The notes below the pieces were generated by a model. That model searched no databases. It had not been told where the DNA came from and saw only the letters and a list, made by a program, of their open reading frames with translations. This document shows, in pieces, positions 1 through 10,007 of a DNA stretch of 64,000 nt (positions within the stretch are counted from its first letter, which is position 1; each line of letters starts with the position of its first letter). A program made the translations under genes and the position numbers. Source of the stretch: an uncultured Bacteroidales bacterium (GTDB lineage Bacteria; Bacteroidota; Bacteroidia; Bacteroidales; G3-4614); NCBI GenBank assembly GCA_949297125.1, contig CASFRS010000013.1:822-64821 (forward strand), in the 5' to 3' direction.

Positions 1-869
1 GGTTTGGTAGCATCGCGGAATTTCTTCCACCAGTCAAGCGCACCGCGCTGCGCGGTTGTGGAGCAGTTTGCGTACATCCAGTCCATTCCGTTTTCGGCTA
101 CAAGGGGCATAAGGGACTGCGTGAGTTCCTCGATAGTTTCGTTGAATGCCTCTGACGGGGTGTGGCCGTTCTCGCGGAGGGTGTCGTACTGGGCTGCAAA
201 GATTCCCTGTATCGCACCCATAAGGGTTCCGCGCTCGCCGGTAAGGTCGGAGTAAACTTCGCGTTTGAACGTGGTCTCGAACAGGTAGCCGGAACCTACG
301 CCTATACCGAGAGCTATTACGCGCTCTTTTGCACGGCCGGTAGCATCCTGGAAAATTGCGTAGCTCGAGTTAAGCCCGCGGCCCTGCAGGAACATCCTGC
401 GAAGGCTTGTACCTGAACCTTTGGGTGCTATCATTATCACATCCACATCGGCAGGAGGAACTATGCCTGTCCTTTCTTTGTAGGTTATTGCAAATCCGTG
501 AGAGAAATAAAGGGCCTTTCCGGCGGTGAGTTCGGCTTTTACCGTGGGCCATACGGCTATCTGGGCAGCATCGGAAAGGAGGTATTGTATTATGGTTGCC
601 CTGCGGCATGCCTCCTGTATTTCAAAGAGGGTCTCGCCGGGTACCCAGCCGTCGGCTACCGCCTTGTCCCACGTGGGGGAATCCTTGCGCTGGCCTACTA
701 TTACATTGAATCCGTTGTCGCGAAGGTTAAGGCTCTGACCCGGGCCCTGTACTCCGTAACCTATCACTGCTATAATTTCGTTCTTAAGTACTTCTCTTGC
801 TTTTTCCAATGGAAATTCTTCGCGGGTTACTACATTTTCTTCTACTCCGCCAAAATTCATTATTGCCAT
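1..869 (-). CDS. ilvC: ketol-acid reductoisomerase, partial (C-terminus lies beyond window start)
   Basis: Hand translation from ATG (rc of 867-869) gives MAIMNFGGVEENVVTREEFPLEKAREVLKNEIIAVIGYGVQGPGQSLNLR, an NADPH Rossmann GxGxxG. It is absent from the ORF track because it runs off the window edge. It is the last gene of the ilv operon. Confidence 0.9.
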   Translation of the reverse strand, partial: MAIMNFGGVEENVVTREEFPLEKAREVLKNEIIAVIGYGVQGPGQSLNLRDNGFNVIVGQRKDSPTWDKAVADGWVPGETLFEIQEACRRATIIQYLLSDAAQIAVWPTVKAELTAGKALYFSHGFAITYKERTGIVPPADVDVIMIAPKGSGTSLRRMFLQGRGLNSSYAIFQDATGRAKERVIALGIGVGSGYLFETTFKREVYSDLTGERGTLMGAIQGIFAAQYDTLRENGHTPSEAFNETIEELTQSLMPLVAENGMDWMYANCSTTAQRGALDWWKKFRDATK

Positions 870-908
870 AATCTTTTTGTTTTTAATTAGGGTTGTTTCT
901 ATTTGTTT

Positions 909-1661
909 TCAATCTCTCTCTTTCAGTTCTATTCCGCACCGGCAGATTACAGGCCCCTCACCGGCAGGCCTCAACTCGGCCGTAAAATGTCCGGGAGAGG
1001 TCTCCTCGCTTGCAAGCTGCAGGGTGTCGCCATAGTGCGCTTCGTTCATATAGCTTATTTCAAATCGCTTTACGAAACTTTTATCGAGCTGTTCCATGGT
1101 GAAACAGTTCATTACATGTTCTATCTGCTTGCCGCTGTTGAAATGGCGGTTGAAATCTATATCGCTGAATTCAACCTTGAACTCCGTTCCGGGGGTATTC
1201 CGGGCTATTGGCTTTTGCCGCCCCTGCCGCGCTATGGGACACTCTTTCCCGGCCCGTTTGTCTTTCAAATACCCGAGCGAACTTATATCGAGCGACTTGC
1301 GGGTGGACAGGTCTATTACGAACCATATGCTGCGGGCATAACCGAAACTATCCCCTTCGGGGGTGGAAAAACGGAAATTGCGTTCGGAAAAGTGCGGATT
1401 GAAATCCTCCACCCACGTTTCGGCCACCATTGTGTCGTACGGCTGCGGATACCGCTCCATATCTATGGCCAGACGGGCAAGCACCCAGGCATGATTGCGC
1501 TCGGTTATTGCGTGATACCCTATCCCCCACTCGTCGGCGTGCCGTGTAGCCACATCGAGTATCTTATTGGCCATGAAATACATGGAGACTTCGCGCTGGG
1601 CATTGCAATCGGCAGGCACTATGTTATATCTGCAACTGTATATTTTGTCGGTTTCTGCCAT
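909..1661 (-). CDS. acyl-ACP thioesterase family protein
   Basis: 250 aa ORF with an ATG start. Double hot-dog pattern (…NHAWVLARLAIDMERYP… / …FSDIDFNRHFNSGK…). It sits between ilvN and ilvC, as in other Bacteroidales ilv operons. Confidence 0.75.
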   Translation of the reverse strand: MAETDKIYSCRYNIVPADCNAQREVSMYFMANKILDVATRHADEWGIGYHAITERNHAWVLARLAIDMERYPQPYDTMVAETWVEDFNPHFSERNFRFSTPEGDSFGYARSIWFVIDLSTRKSLDISSLGYLKDKRAGKECPIARQGRQKPIARNTPGTEFKVEFSDIDFNRHFNSGKQIEHVMNCFTMEQLDKSFVKRFEISYMNEAHYGDTLQLASEETSPGHFTAELRPAGEGPVICRCGIELKERD

Positions 1662-1673
1662 ACGGTCGTTTTT

Positions 1674-2219
1674 TTATTCTTGTGCCAGACGGCGTTGCTC
1701 CTGCTTTTCGAGGAAACGGTCCACATGTTCCACCGTGGAACGGGTTATGGATACGCGCCCCGACCGGACGAACTGCAATACGCCGTACATGTTCAATGCC
1801 TCGAACAGCGCCTGCGTCTCTTCGGTATGGCCGGCTTTCTCTATTATCGTATACGTACGGGTTATCTCCAGCACACGGGCATTGTACTTGCGCACAAGCT
1901 TCTCCAGCCCGCCTATTTCAAGCAGGTTTGGCGTGGAAATCTTATACAGCGCGACTTCCTGATATACTATATCTTCGTCGGTATAGTAGAACGCCCGTAT
2001 TACATCTATCCGTTTCTCTATCTGCTTCACCACCTTTATTACGGTCTCTTCGTCGCACATTACCGTGATAACGAACTTGTGAACGCCCTTTATAGCTGAA
2101 GCGGATACGGAAAGCGACTCTATATTCAGTTTCCTCCGCGTGAATATGATGGATATCTGGTTCAACAGTCCTACCTGGTTTTCGGAGTGAACCGTTATGG
2201 TATATAATATAGGCTCCAT
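1674..2219 (-). CDS. ilvN: acetolactate synthase small (regulatory) subunit
   Basis: 181 aa. N-terminal ACT domain (YTITVHSENQVGLLNQISIIFTRRKLNIESLSVS). It abuts the ilvB stop. Confidence 0.9.
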   Translation of the reverse strand: MEPILYTITVHSENQVGLLNQISIIFTRRKLNIESLSVSASAIKGVHKFVITVMCDEETVIKVVKQIEKRIDVIRAFYYTDEDIVYQEVALYKISTPNLLEIGGLEKLVRKYNARVLEITRTYTIIEKAGHTEETQALFEALNMYGVLQFVRSGRVSITRSTVEHVDRFLEKQEQRRLAQE

Positions 2220-3934
2220 TACTTTTTGTATATCTCGTTACGGTTCAACATTATATAATCTACGCTCTGGCCCGTCGGGGTCATCGGGAATACCATCTCC
2301 TCCTTTTCCACATCGGCTTCCAGAATGTATGCCCCGTCGTACTGCATCATCTCTTCCACCGCTTCTTTCAACTCGGAGCGCGAATTTATCCTGCGCCCCT
2401 TTATCCCGTACGCTTCGGCGAGTTTGATAAAGTCGGGGTTGACCAGATCGGTCTCGGAAAAACGTTTCTCGAAGAAGAGCTCCTGCCACTGGCGTACCAT
2501 ACCGAGTACGTTGTTGGAGAGGAGGATTATTTTCACATCCAGCCCGTACGCCTGTATTGTGCCGAGTTCCTGTTCGGTCATCTGCAGCCCACCGTCTCCG
2601 GCAAAGATGCATACCGTGCGGTCGGGAGCGCCGAACTTTGCGCCTATCGCCGCAGGCAGGCCGAAGCCCATCGTCCCGAGGCCGCCCGAGGTAACGAGGC
2701 TGCGCGTACTTTTGTACCCCGAATAGCGTGCCGCCATCATCTGGTTCTGCCCCACATCCGTTACGACTATGGCATTGTTGCCGGCAGCTTCCGATACGCA
2801 ATGCACAACCTCGCCCATGCGCAAAGCCCCGCTTTCGGGAGCAATCTCATCTTTGATTACTTTTTCGTATTCGGCGTTTTCTGCCGCTTCAAAACTCTTT
2901 ATCCATTCGGTCTGCTTGCGGCGGTTTACAAGCTCCGCTACGGCAGGGACCGTCTCTTTTGCATTGCCCAGAACGGCAAGGTCGATTTTTACGTTCTTGT
3001 TGAACTCGGACGGGTCTATGTCGAAGTGTATCTTCCTGGCCTGAGGGGCATATGTGCTTATCTCGCCCGTTACGCGGTCGTCAAAACGCAACCCCACCGC
3101 TATCAGCAAGTCGCACTCGTTTGTCTTTACGTTGGGCGCGATGTTGCCGTGCATGCCTATCATACCCTTGTTGAGCGGATGTCCGGAGGGTATGGCAGAA
3201 AGCCCCAACAGCGTTTCGGCCACGGGTATATCGGCTTTCTCGGCCAAAGCCAGGACTTCGCTTTCGGCATTGCCGAGCTTTACGCCCTGCCCGACCAGCA
3301 TCAGGGGCTTGCGCGCCTCGTTTATCATGCGTGCGGCTTCGCGTATCTGCGTCTCGTCTATTTTCGGGAACGGGTCGTAGCTGCGGATAAACGAACATTT
3401 GCTGTACTGGAACTCGGCAGTTTCCACCTGCGCGTTCTTGGCAAAGTCCAACACCACAGGCCCGGGACGTCCCGATGATGCTATATAAAATGCCCGCGCC
3501 ACAGCCCATGCTATGTCCTCGGCGCGACGTATCTGGTAACTCCATTTTGTTATGGGGAGCGTTATGCCGACCACATCGGTCTCCTGAAATGCGTCCGTCC
3601 CCAGCATGGATGCAGGCATCTGCCCTGCTATGACCACAATTGGGGTGCTGTCCATCATTGCATCGGCTATTCCGGTTATTGCATTGGTTGCACCGGGCCC
3701 GGAGGTAACAATGACCACCCCGGGCTTTCCCGATACGCGTGCATAACCCTGCGCGGCATGGGTAGCTCCCTGCTCGTGGCGCATCAATATGTGGCGGAGT
3801 TTATCGCGATAATCGTACAGACAGTCAAATACCGGCGTTATTGCTCCGCCGGGGTATCCGTATACGACGTCTACTCCCTCTTCCATTAGGCTCCGTATGA
3901 GTATTTCGGAACCAGAAATTCTGTCTTTTGACAT
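2219..3934 (-). CDS. ilvB: acetolactate synthase large subunit (biosynthetic type)
   Basis: ThDP enzyme motifs (GYPGGA, GGLGTMGFGLPAAIGA, GDGGLQM). Start moved to ATG at 3934 (MSKDRISGSEILIRSL…). The 32-codon upstream extension of the tracked ORF is non-homologous-looking. Confidence 0.92.
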   Translation of the reverse strand: MSKDRISGSEILIRSLMEEGVDVVYGYPGGAITPVFDCLYDYRDKLRHILMRHEQGATHAAQGYARVSGKPGVVIVTSGPGATNAITGIADAMMDSTPIVVIAGQMPASMLGTDAFQETDVVGITLPITKWSYQIRRAEDIAWAVARAFYIASSGRPGPVVLDFAKNAQVETAEFQYSKCSFIRSYDPFPKIDETQIREAARMINEARKPLMLVGQGVKLGNAESEVLALAEKADIPVAETLLGLSAIPSGHPLNKGMIGMHGNIAPNVKTNECDLLIAVGLRFDDRVTGEISTYAPQARKIHFDIDPSEFNKNVKIDLAVLGNAKETVPAVAELVNRRKQTEWIKSFEAAENAEYEKVIKDEIAPESGALRMGEVVHCVSEAAGNNAIVVTDVGQNQMMAARYSGYKSTRSLVTSGGLGTMGFGLPAAIGAKFGAPDRTVCIFAGDGGLQMTEQELGTIQAYGLDVKIILLSNNVLGMVRQWQELFFEKRFSETDLVNPDFIKLAEAYGIKGRRINSRSELKEAVEEMMQYDGAYILEADVEKEEMVFPMTPTGQSVDYIMLNRNEIYKK

Positions 3935-4107
3935 ATCCTCTAATATTATATGGTGCAAAGATAGTGCTACCGAATGCATCCCACCTTCGCTATCTGTATG
4001 CAAAGATAATGCAATCAAGGGCAGAAACAAACAGAAAACGAAGTTTTATGGTTTGTCTCTGCCGGACCGCGTCCTGTCTTCGGCCTATTCCTTCCGTGGC
4101 GGCAATT

Positions 4108-5910
4108 CTATTCTACAATGCGGAATGCTCCCTTGTCGGCCGAACTTACCATTGATGCGTACGCCTTGAGGGCTTTCGACACTTCTCTTTTGCGGGTTAC
4201 CGGACGCATCGGGCGCGCGGCCAACTCCTCGTCGCTCAATTTCACGTTTATGCTGCGTTCGGGGATGTTTATCTCTATTATATCCCCATCCTCTACCTTG
4301 CCTATATTGCCGCCGGCTGCAGCTTCGGGCGAAATGTGGCCTATGCTCAGACCGGATGTCCCGCCGCTGAAACGGCCGTCGGTTATCAAGGCGCACTCTT
4401 TCCCGAGGTGGCGCGATTTTATATACGATGTAGGATAGAGCATCTCCTGCATTCCGGGACCGCCTTTAGGTCCTTCATGGGTTATGACTACCACATCGCC
4501 GCTTACAACCTTGCCGGAGAGGATACCTTCGCATGCCGACTCCTGCGAATCGAACACCTTTGCCGGCCCTGAGAAACGCCAGATGCTCTCGTCCACGCCG
4601 GCCGTCTTCACTACACAACCGTCCTTTGCTATGTTGCCGAACAGTACGGCCAACCCGCCGTCCTTGCTGTATGCGTGTTCCACATCGCGGATACACCCGG
4701 CGGTACGGTCGGTATCGAGAGTCCCGTAGGTATTGTCCTGCGTCCCCATACGGTTGCTGAACACCCCGCCCGGCGCACTGGAATAGATACGCTTCGCCTC
4801 GGGGTCTACCTCGGGTTTCATTATGCTGTATTTGGCAATATCCTCTCCCAACGTAGCTCCGTTAACGCGCTTGCATGACGTATCGAGCAGGCCGGCCTTG
4901 TCCAGTTCGCCGAGTATATTGAGGATTCCCCCTGCCCTGTTGCACTCCTGTATGGAGAATTTCTGCGTATTGGGCGCAAGTTTGCAAAGGCATGGTACAT
5001 GGCGGCTCAGACGGTCTATGTCTACCATCTTGAAATCGACGCCCCCTTCATTGGCAACTGCCAGCAGGTGGAGTACGGTATTCGTAGAGCCGCCCATTGC
5101 TATATCGAGCGTCATTGCATTCAGGAACGCCTGACGTGTTGCTATACTGCGCGGCAGTACGCTTTCATCGCCGTCGCGGTAATATTTATAAGTGTTCTCC
5201 ACTATGAGACGGGCTGCGTCCTTGAAGAGTTGCAGCCGGTTTACGTGCGTTGCAAGGATTGTCCCGTTACCGGGGAGCGAAAGCCCTATCGCCTCGGTAA
5301 GGCAGTTCATGGAGTTTGCGGTAAACATTCCGGAACAACTGCCGCAACCGGGGCATGCGCAACTCTCCAGGCGGCTGATCTCTTCGTCGCTTACGGTGGA
5401 GTCGGCAGCCTTTATCATTGCGGTTATAAGGTCGGCGTTTTCACCGTTGTACTTGTGCGCTTCCATGGGACCTCCCGATACGAACACGGCAGGGATGTTC
5501 AACCGCATGGCCGCCATAAGCATACCGGGGGTTATCTTGTCGCAGTTGCTTATGCACACCATTGCATCGGCCTTGTGGGCATTTACCATATACTCCACGC
5601 TGTCGGCTATAAGGTCGCGCGAAGGGAGGGAGTAGAGCATTCCGTCATGTCCCATTGCTATGCCGTCGTCTATGGCTATGGTATTGAACTCGGCGGCAAA
5701 ACACCCCAGTTTTTCTATCTCGGCTTTTACCTGCTGGCCTATTTCATGAAGGTGGACATGCCCCGGCACAAACTGCGTAAACGAGTTTACTATTGCTATG
5801 ACGGGTTTCCCTATCTGCGACTCTTTCATGCCGTTGGCACGCCATAAGGCACGCGCCCCGGCCATTCTCCTGCCTTGCGTGCTCTGCGCGCTGCGAAGTT
5901 CTTTTGCCAT
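4108..5910 (-). CDS. ilvD: dihydroxy-acid dehydratase
   Basis: 600 aa, [27 protein letters not shown]…, with Fe-S Cys motifs ([15 protein letters not shown]). First gene of the ilv operon. Confidence 0.95.
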   Translation of the reverse strand: MAKELRSAQSTQGRRMAGARALWRANGMKESQIGKPVIAIVNSFTQFVPGHVHLHEIGQQVKAEIEKLGCFAAEFNTIAIDDGIAMGHDGMLYSLPSRDLIADSVEYMVNAHKADAMVCISNCDKITPGMLMAAMRLNIPAVFVSGGPMEAHKYNGENADLITAMIKAADSTVSDEEISRLESCACPGCGSCSGMFTANSMNCLTEAIGLSLPGNGTILATHVNRLQLFKDAARLIVENTYKYYRDGDESVLPRSIATRQAFLNAMTLDIAMGGSTNTVLHLLAVANEGGVDFKMVDIDRLSRHVPCLCKLAPNTQKFSIQECNRAGGILNILGELDKAGLLDTSCKRVNGATLGEDIAKYSIMKPEVDPEAKRIYSSAPGGVFSNRMGTQDNTYGTLDTDRTAGCIRDVEHAYSKDGGLAVLFGNIAKDGCVVKTAGVDESIWRFSGPAKVFDSQESACEGILSGKVVSGDVVVITHEGPKGGPGMQEMLYPTSYIKSRHLGKECALITDGRFSGGTSGLSIGHISPEAAAGGNIGKVEDGDIIEINIPERSINVKLSDEELAARPMRPVTRKREVSKALKAYASMVSSADKGAFRIVE

Positions 5911-6237
5911 ATCTCTTTTCTCCTTTTTTATTTACCGGCAAGAAGGGGTTCTCCTCGGCATCCGCTTATCCGGTATTGCGTTTGTTCCGGCCTTCTTGTA
6001 CCGTATCCGTTTTTTCAGTCTGCGAAATTACCCCGTTTTAGTTATTATTGCAAATAAAAAACGGTAAATTTTATATCTTGCCGCAGTGCGGTTTTCCAAA
6101 TATTTCAGGTTGTCGCTCAGCCATGTACCTGACGCCCGGCAAAAAGATATTTTTTATGTGAAAGGGAAAAAACTCCTGTACCTTGCTTTAAGGCAGAAGG
6201 CATGCACGGAGGTTTTTACCTTATACTTACCGATAAA

Positions 6238-6269
6238 TTTTGCCGTACCGCCTATTTGACTTAACTTTG
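6238..6269 (+). promoter_or_regulatory. Bacteroidetes sigmaA-type promoter (-33 TTTG / -7 TAACTTTG) for tamL
   Basis: TTTG at 6238-6241 and TAACTTTG at 6262-6269, spaced 20 bp apart. The -7 box lies 69 bp upstream of ATG 6338. Confidence 0.5.
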
Positions 6270-6337
6270 TGTTTAAAGCGCGTTGTTAATTTGATACCGT
6301 AATATTCGGGGTATCAGGTTTTTACTTGGCACCGATA

Positions 6338-8653
6338 ATGAATTTTCGTCTTTTTTCCATATCTGTCCTGCTTGTTTTGACAGTCTGCGGATGCTCCCCA
6401 ACGAAACATGTGCCCGAGGGGGAATATCTTCTGGACAGGGTAAAAATATCGGTGGACGACAAACGGATAAAGTCTTCCGACCTGAAACCGTACCTGCGAC
6501 AGACCCCGAACCACAAGACTTTCGGTATCATAGGCCTGCCGCTGGCCTTTTACAACATGTCGGGAGACAAGGATAACCGCTGGAACAGGTTCATGCGCAA
6601 AATAGGGAGCCCGCCTGTGGTATACGACTCGCTTCTCACGGAAAAATCGGTCAGGGAAATTGAAAGGGCCATGTTCAACAAAGGGTTCATGGAAGCCTCT
6701 GTGGCCGTGGACACGGTAAGCAAGAAACGCAAGTTGAGCGTTACGTACAACGTAAAGAGCGGGGAGCCTTACGTCCTGCGCGGCATATCGTACAATATTC
6801 CGGACGACTCGCTGTCGGCCTACATCATGAGCGACACGGCGTATTCGCTTATAAAAGAGGGGGAACTGTTCGACCATTCCCTTTTGGACCAGGAGAGGCA
6901 GAGAATTACCGCCCGTCTGAAGGACAAGGGGTATTACGCTTTCAACAAGGAGTTCATCACCTTTGCCGCCGATACTACCGTGGGAAACCATACGGTTGAT
7001 CTGGAACTGAACGTGCTTCCAGTTGCCGTTTCCGACACGGCAAACAGCGGCATAGTATATATAGAGCATGAAAAATACCGCATAAGGAACGTTTCGTTCT
7101 TTACCGAATACAACCCCATGAATATCGACCGCCGGCACTTCGTGGCCGACACGGTGCTGTACGACGGCTATACCGTTTACTACGGGGAAAAACAGTACCT
7201 GAGGCCATCGGTCCTGGCAAACAACTGCTTTATCCGACCCGGCCAGATGTACAGCACGCGCGATGTGGACAATACACTGGCGGCTTTCGGTCGATTGCGC
7301 GTACTGAAATATGTAAACATACAATTCATGCCCCTACGGGAGGAAAACGGGGAAATGGTTCTGGACTGCTACATCATGCTGACCGAAGGGAAGACGCAAA
7401 CCATATCGACGGAACTGGAGGGGACCAACTCGGCCGGCGACTTCGGGTTTGCCATAGGGGTCAATTACCAGCACCGCAACATATTCAGGGGATCGCAGAC
7501 TTTCAATACCAAAGTTCGGGCTGCATACGAAAGCATATCGGGAGACGTGGGAGGGCTTATAAGCGACAACTACCTTGAACTGGGGCTGGAAACCGGAATC
7601 TCGTTTCCTAAATACATATTCCCCTTTGCAAAGGAGAAATCGCGGCAACGCCTGCGCCCCACCACCGACCTGACGCTGAACGGTAATTTCCAGCAGCGTC
7701 CCGAATATATCCGTATCATAGCTGGGGCCGGGTGGGGATACAAATGGTTCAGCCGCAGCAACATGTTCAGGCACAAACTGGACCTGATAGACATAAACTA
7801 CATCTACCTGCCTAAAACTACGGCCGAATTCAAGAAGAACATTGATGAAATGTCGGTAGACAACCCCATGCTGCGGTACAGTTACGAAGACCACTTCATA
7901 ATGCGCATGGCATACGCATTCTACATGTCTAACCTGCGCCCGTCGGCAATAAACCAGAGCGGGAACATATACACGCTCAGAACGGTTACGGAGATTGCCG
8001 GCAACCTGCTGTACGGTATTTCAAACCTTACCGACCCCGGCAGGCCGGAAAGCGGGTATTCCATTCTCGGCATCAAGTACGCGCAATATTTCAAACAGGA
8101 CATCGACTATACGTATACGTTCGTTTTCAACGAAAAGAACTCTCTCTCGCTGCATGCGGGAGCAGGTATCGCCATTCCGTACGGTAATTCGGAGATGCTG
8201 CCGTTTGAGAAGAGGTATTTCTCTGGAGGCGCAAACAGCGTCAGGGGCTGGTCGGTGCGCGACCTCGGGCCCGGCAGCTACCAAAGCATGAACCCTACCG
8301 CAGACTTCATGAACCAGTGCGGCGATATAAGGTTGGACCTCAACATAGAATACCGCAGCAAACTTATATGGAAACTGGAACTGGCGGCATTCATTGACGC
8401 GGGGAATATATGGACTATCCGGAGCTACGACTCCCAGCCCGGAGGGGTATTCAAATTCAACACATTCTACAAGCAGCTGGCCATGGCATACGGTTTGGGG
8501 CTGCGCCTGGACTTCAACTATTTTATCCTGCGCCTCGACCTCGGCATGAAACTCTACAACCCTGCCGTAACCGGCAAGAGCAAATGGGTCATCACGTACC
8601 AGAATTTCCAGAGAGACGCCGCCCTGCATTTTGCAATAGGATACCCGTTCTGA
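6338..8653 (+). CDS. tamL: translocation and assembly module lipoprotein TamL (BamA/TamA-family Omp85)
   Basis: ATG at 6338 (the tracked ORF starts at TTG 6326). Lipoprotein-type signal MNFRLFSISVLLVLTVCGC. POTRA-like N-terminal part and a C-terminal Omp85 barrel ending …AALHFAIGYPF. Confidence 0.8.
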   Translation: MNFRLFSISVLLVLTVCGCSPTKHVPEGEYLLDRVKISVDDKRIKSSDLKPYLRQTPNHKTFGIIGLPLAFYNMSGDKDNRWNRFMRKIGSPPVVYDSLLTEKSVREIERAMFNKGFMEASVAVDTVSKKRKLSVTYNVKSGEPYVLRGISYNIPDDSLSAYIMSDTAYSLIKEGELFDHSLLDQERQRITARLKDKGYYAFNKEFITFAADTTVGNHTVDLELNVLPVAVSDTANSGIVYIEHEKYRIRNVSFFTEYNPMNIDRRHFVADTVLYDGYTVYYGEKQYLRPSVLANNCFIRPGQMYSTRDVDNTLAAFGRLRVLKYVNIQFMPLREENGEMVLDCYIMLTEGKTQTISTELEGTNSAGDFGFAIGVNYQHRNIFRGSQTFNTKVRAAYESISGDVGGLISDNYLELGLETGISFPKYIFPFAKEKSRQRLRPTTDLTLNGNFQQRPEYIRIIAGAGWGYKWFSRSNMFRHKLDLIDINYIYLPKTTAEFKKNIDEMSVDNPMLRYSYEDHFIMRMAYAFYMSNLRPSAINQSGNIYTLRTVTEIAGNLLYGISNLTDPGRPESGYSILGIKYAQYFKQDIDYTYTFVFNEKNSLSLHAGAGIAIPYGNSEMLPFEKRYFSGGANSVRGWSVRDLGPGSYQSMNPTADFMNQCGDIRLDLNIEYRSKLIWKLELAAFIDAGNIWTIRSYDSQPGGVFKFNTFYKQLAMAYGLGLRLDFNYFILRLDLGMKLYNPAVTGKSKWVITYQNFQRDAALHFAIGYPF

Positions 8654-8685
8654 TTCCCTGTACGCACCGGCATGCTGCATACATA

Positions 8686-8752
8686 AAAACCGCCCGGGGG
8701 AGGCAGGCTTCACCGGCGTACGCCTGTCCGCTTCCCCGGGCAGATATTTTTC
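8686..8752. terminator. long imperfect GC-rich hairpin between convergent tamL and the efflux OMP gene
   Basis: aaaaaCCGCCCGGGGGAGGCAGGC…GCCTGTCCGCTTCCCCGGGCAGatattttt, flanked by an A-run and a T-run, so possibly bidirectional. Confidence 0.5.
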
Positions 8753-8822
8753 AGAGGTGCCGGCAATTCCCAAAAACGTGTCCGCACACCATTTCCCCTA
8801 TTAAGAAAGGCCGCACTCCCGG

Positions 8823-10007
8823 TTACAAGGCATAGGCGTTCAGTTCGGCAAACGAACGGTAATACTCGAGTTCTTCGGAAAGAATCTGCACCATGGCCTC
8901 GTAATACATGGTGGCTTCAACCTGAAATTCCACGAACGACATGTTTCCGAGTTCAGTGTTCCTTTCAAGGGTTTTTATTCCGGCCAGCCCGGCGTACTCG
9001 CCTTTAAGCATCAGAACGTTCTGTTGCAGGGTCTGCGTCCTGTCGTACAGGTACTTCATATCGTGATAAAGGGTATTGCGCACCTCTTTTTCCCGGCTTT
9101 GTGCGGCCAGCGTGGCGGCTTTGGCCTGCTTTATGCGGTTGTGACCTCCCCACAGCGGCAGACTGATGCCGAGCGCGATACCCTGATACGTGTCGTGCGG
9201 CTCCAACTCGGCTTCGTATCCGGCCGTTATGGTCGGCGCCCATGCCGATTTTCCGAGACGCACCTCATTGTTGCGCAACTGCACGATGCGGGCGGCGTAT
9301 TCCAGTTCGGGATCGGACGCTACGGCCCTGGCATACCAGACATCGAACGGGGGAAGCGGCTCTATCTGCCCGAAGGATGTGTCAGTCAGTGTTACTGCGT
9401 TGCCCCCGTTCAACTTTGCCAACTGGGTAAGGGCTTCGCTGCGGGCTATGCCGTTCTTGCGCAACTCGCCCTTCAACAGTGCTGCCGCAAGGCGCGCACG
9501 GTTGTATTCCAACTGTTCAGTCCCGCCTTCATCCATAACCCGGCCGTAAGCCTCGACAAGTTGCTCCATATTCTTAAGTTGTCTGCCGAGTTCGGCCTCT
9601 ACGGCATTGTGATAAATTACCTGGTAGCAGTATTTCTTCGCTTCCAGAAGTATGGAGCGACGCACCTTGCGGTATTCTATGTCGAGCAGGGCGTTCTGCG
9701 AACGCGCTACCGCGCCCTTGTGCCCGAGCAACGTGGAGAAGTCGAAACTTTGAGTGGCGGAAATCTGCTTTTTGCTGCCGGCATCGGCAGGACTACCCCA
9801 AAGGTAGGAGAAACCCACCTCGGGATCGGGCAGGGTTACTTCGCCCGTATTGGCGTATTTCTGCGATTTGTTCTCGTTCAGCAAAGCCTCGAGCGTAAGG
9901 TTGTTGCTCTCTACCGACTGCAATATCCTGTCAATATCCGTCTGGGCATTCGCAGGGGGCAGCACGGCTGCCGCAGCAAGCAGTATTGTTGCAAGTTTTC
10001 TTTTCAT
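8823..10007 (-). CDS. TolC-family outer membrane efflux protein (CzcC/CusC-like)
   Basis: 394 aa with signal peptide MKRKLATILLAAAAVLPPANAQ. Two-repeat coiled-coil/OEP pattern. It overlaps the RND pump stop by 4 nt. Confidence 0.85.
   Translation of the reverse strand: MKRKLATILLAAAAVLPPANAQTDIDRILQSVESNNLTLEALLNENKSQKYANTGEVTLPDPEVGFSYLWGSPADAGSKKQISATQSFDFSTLLGHKGAVARSQNALLDIEYRKVRRSILLEAKKYCYQVIYHNAVEAELGRQLKNMEQLVEAYGRVMDEGGTEQLEYNRARLAAALLKGELRKNGIARSEALTQLAKLNGGNAVTLTDTSFGQIEPLPPFDVWYARAVASDPELEYAARIVQLRNNEVRLGKSAWAPTITAGYEAELEPHDTYQGIALGISLPLWGGHNRIKQAKAATLAAQSREKEVRNTLYHDMKYLYDRTQTLQQNVLMLKGEYAGLAGIKTLERNTELGNMSFVEFQVEATMYYEAMVQILSEELEYYRSFAELNAYAL

Noticed and set aside
903-2099. 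398-aa plus-strand ORF, plus similar long antisense ORFs at 6314-7324, 11264-12853, 44683-45843, 49548-50651 and 55332-56459
   Set aside because: All lie opposite confidently identified genes. They share the same Tyr/Arg/His-rich junk composition.
3935-4030. N-terminal 32-codon extension of the ilvB ORF
   Set aside because: The extension (MFLPLIALSLHTDSEGG…) precedes the conserved N-terminus. ATG 3934 gives the canonical MSKDRISGSEIL… start.
5911-6237. Possible ilv leader peptide or attenuator upstream of ilvD
   Set aside because: Minus-strand mini-ORFs there are not Ile/Val/Leu-rich. The only long-range pairing (CAAGAAGG 5939-5946 with CCTTCTTG 5991-5998) is an 8-bp stem with a 44-nt loop and no T-tract. 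That is not enough to call an attenuator.
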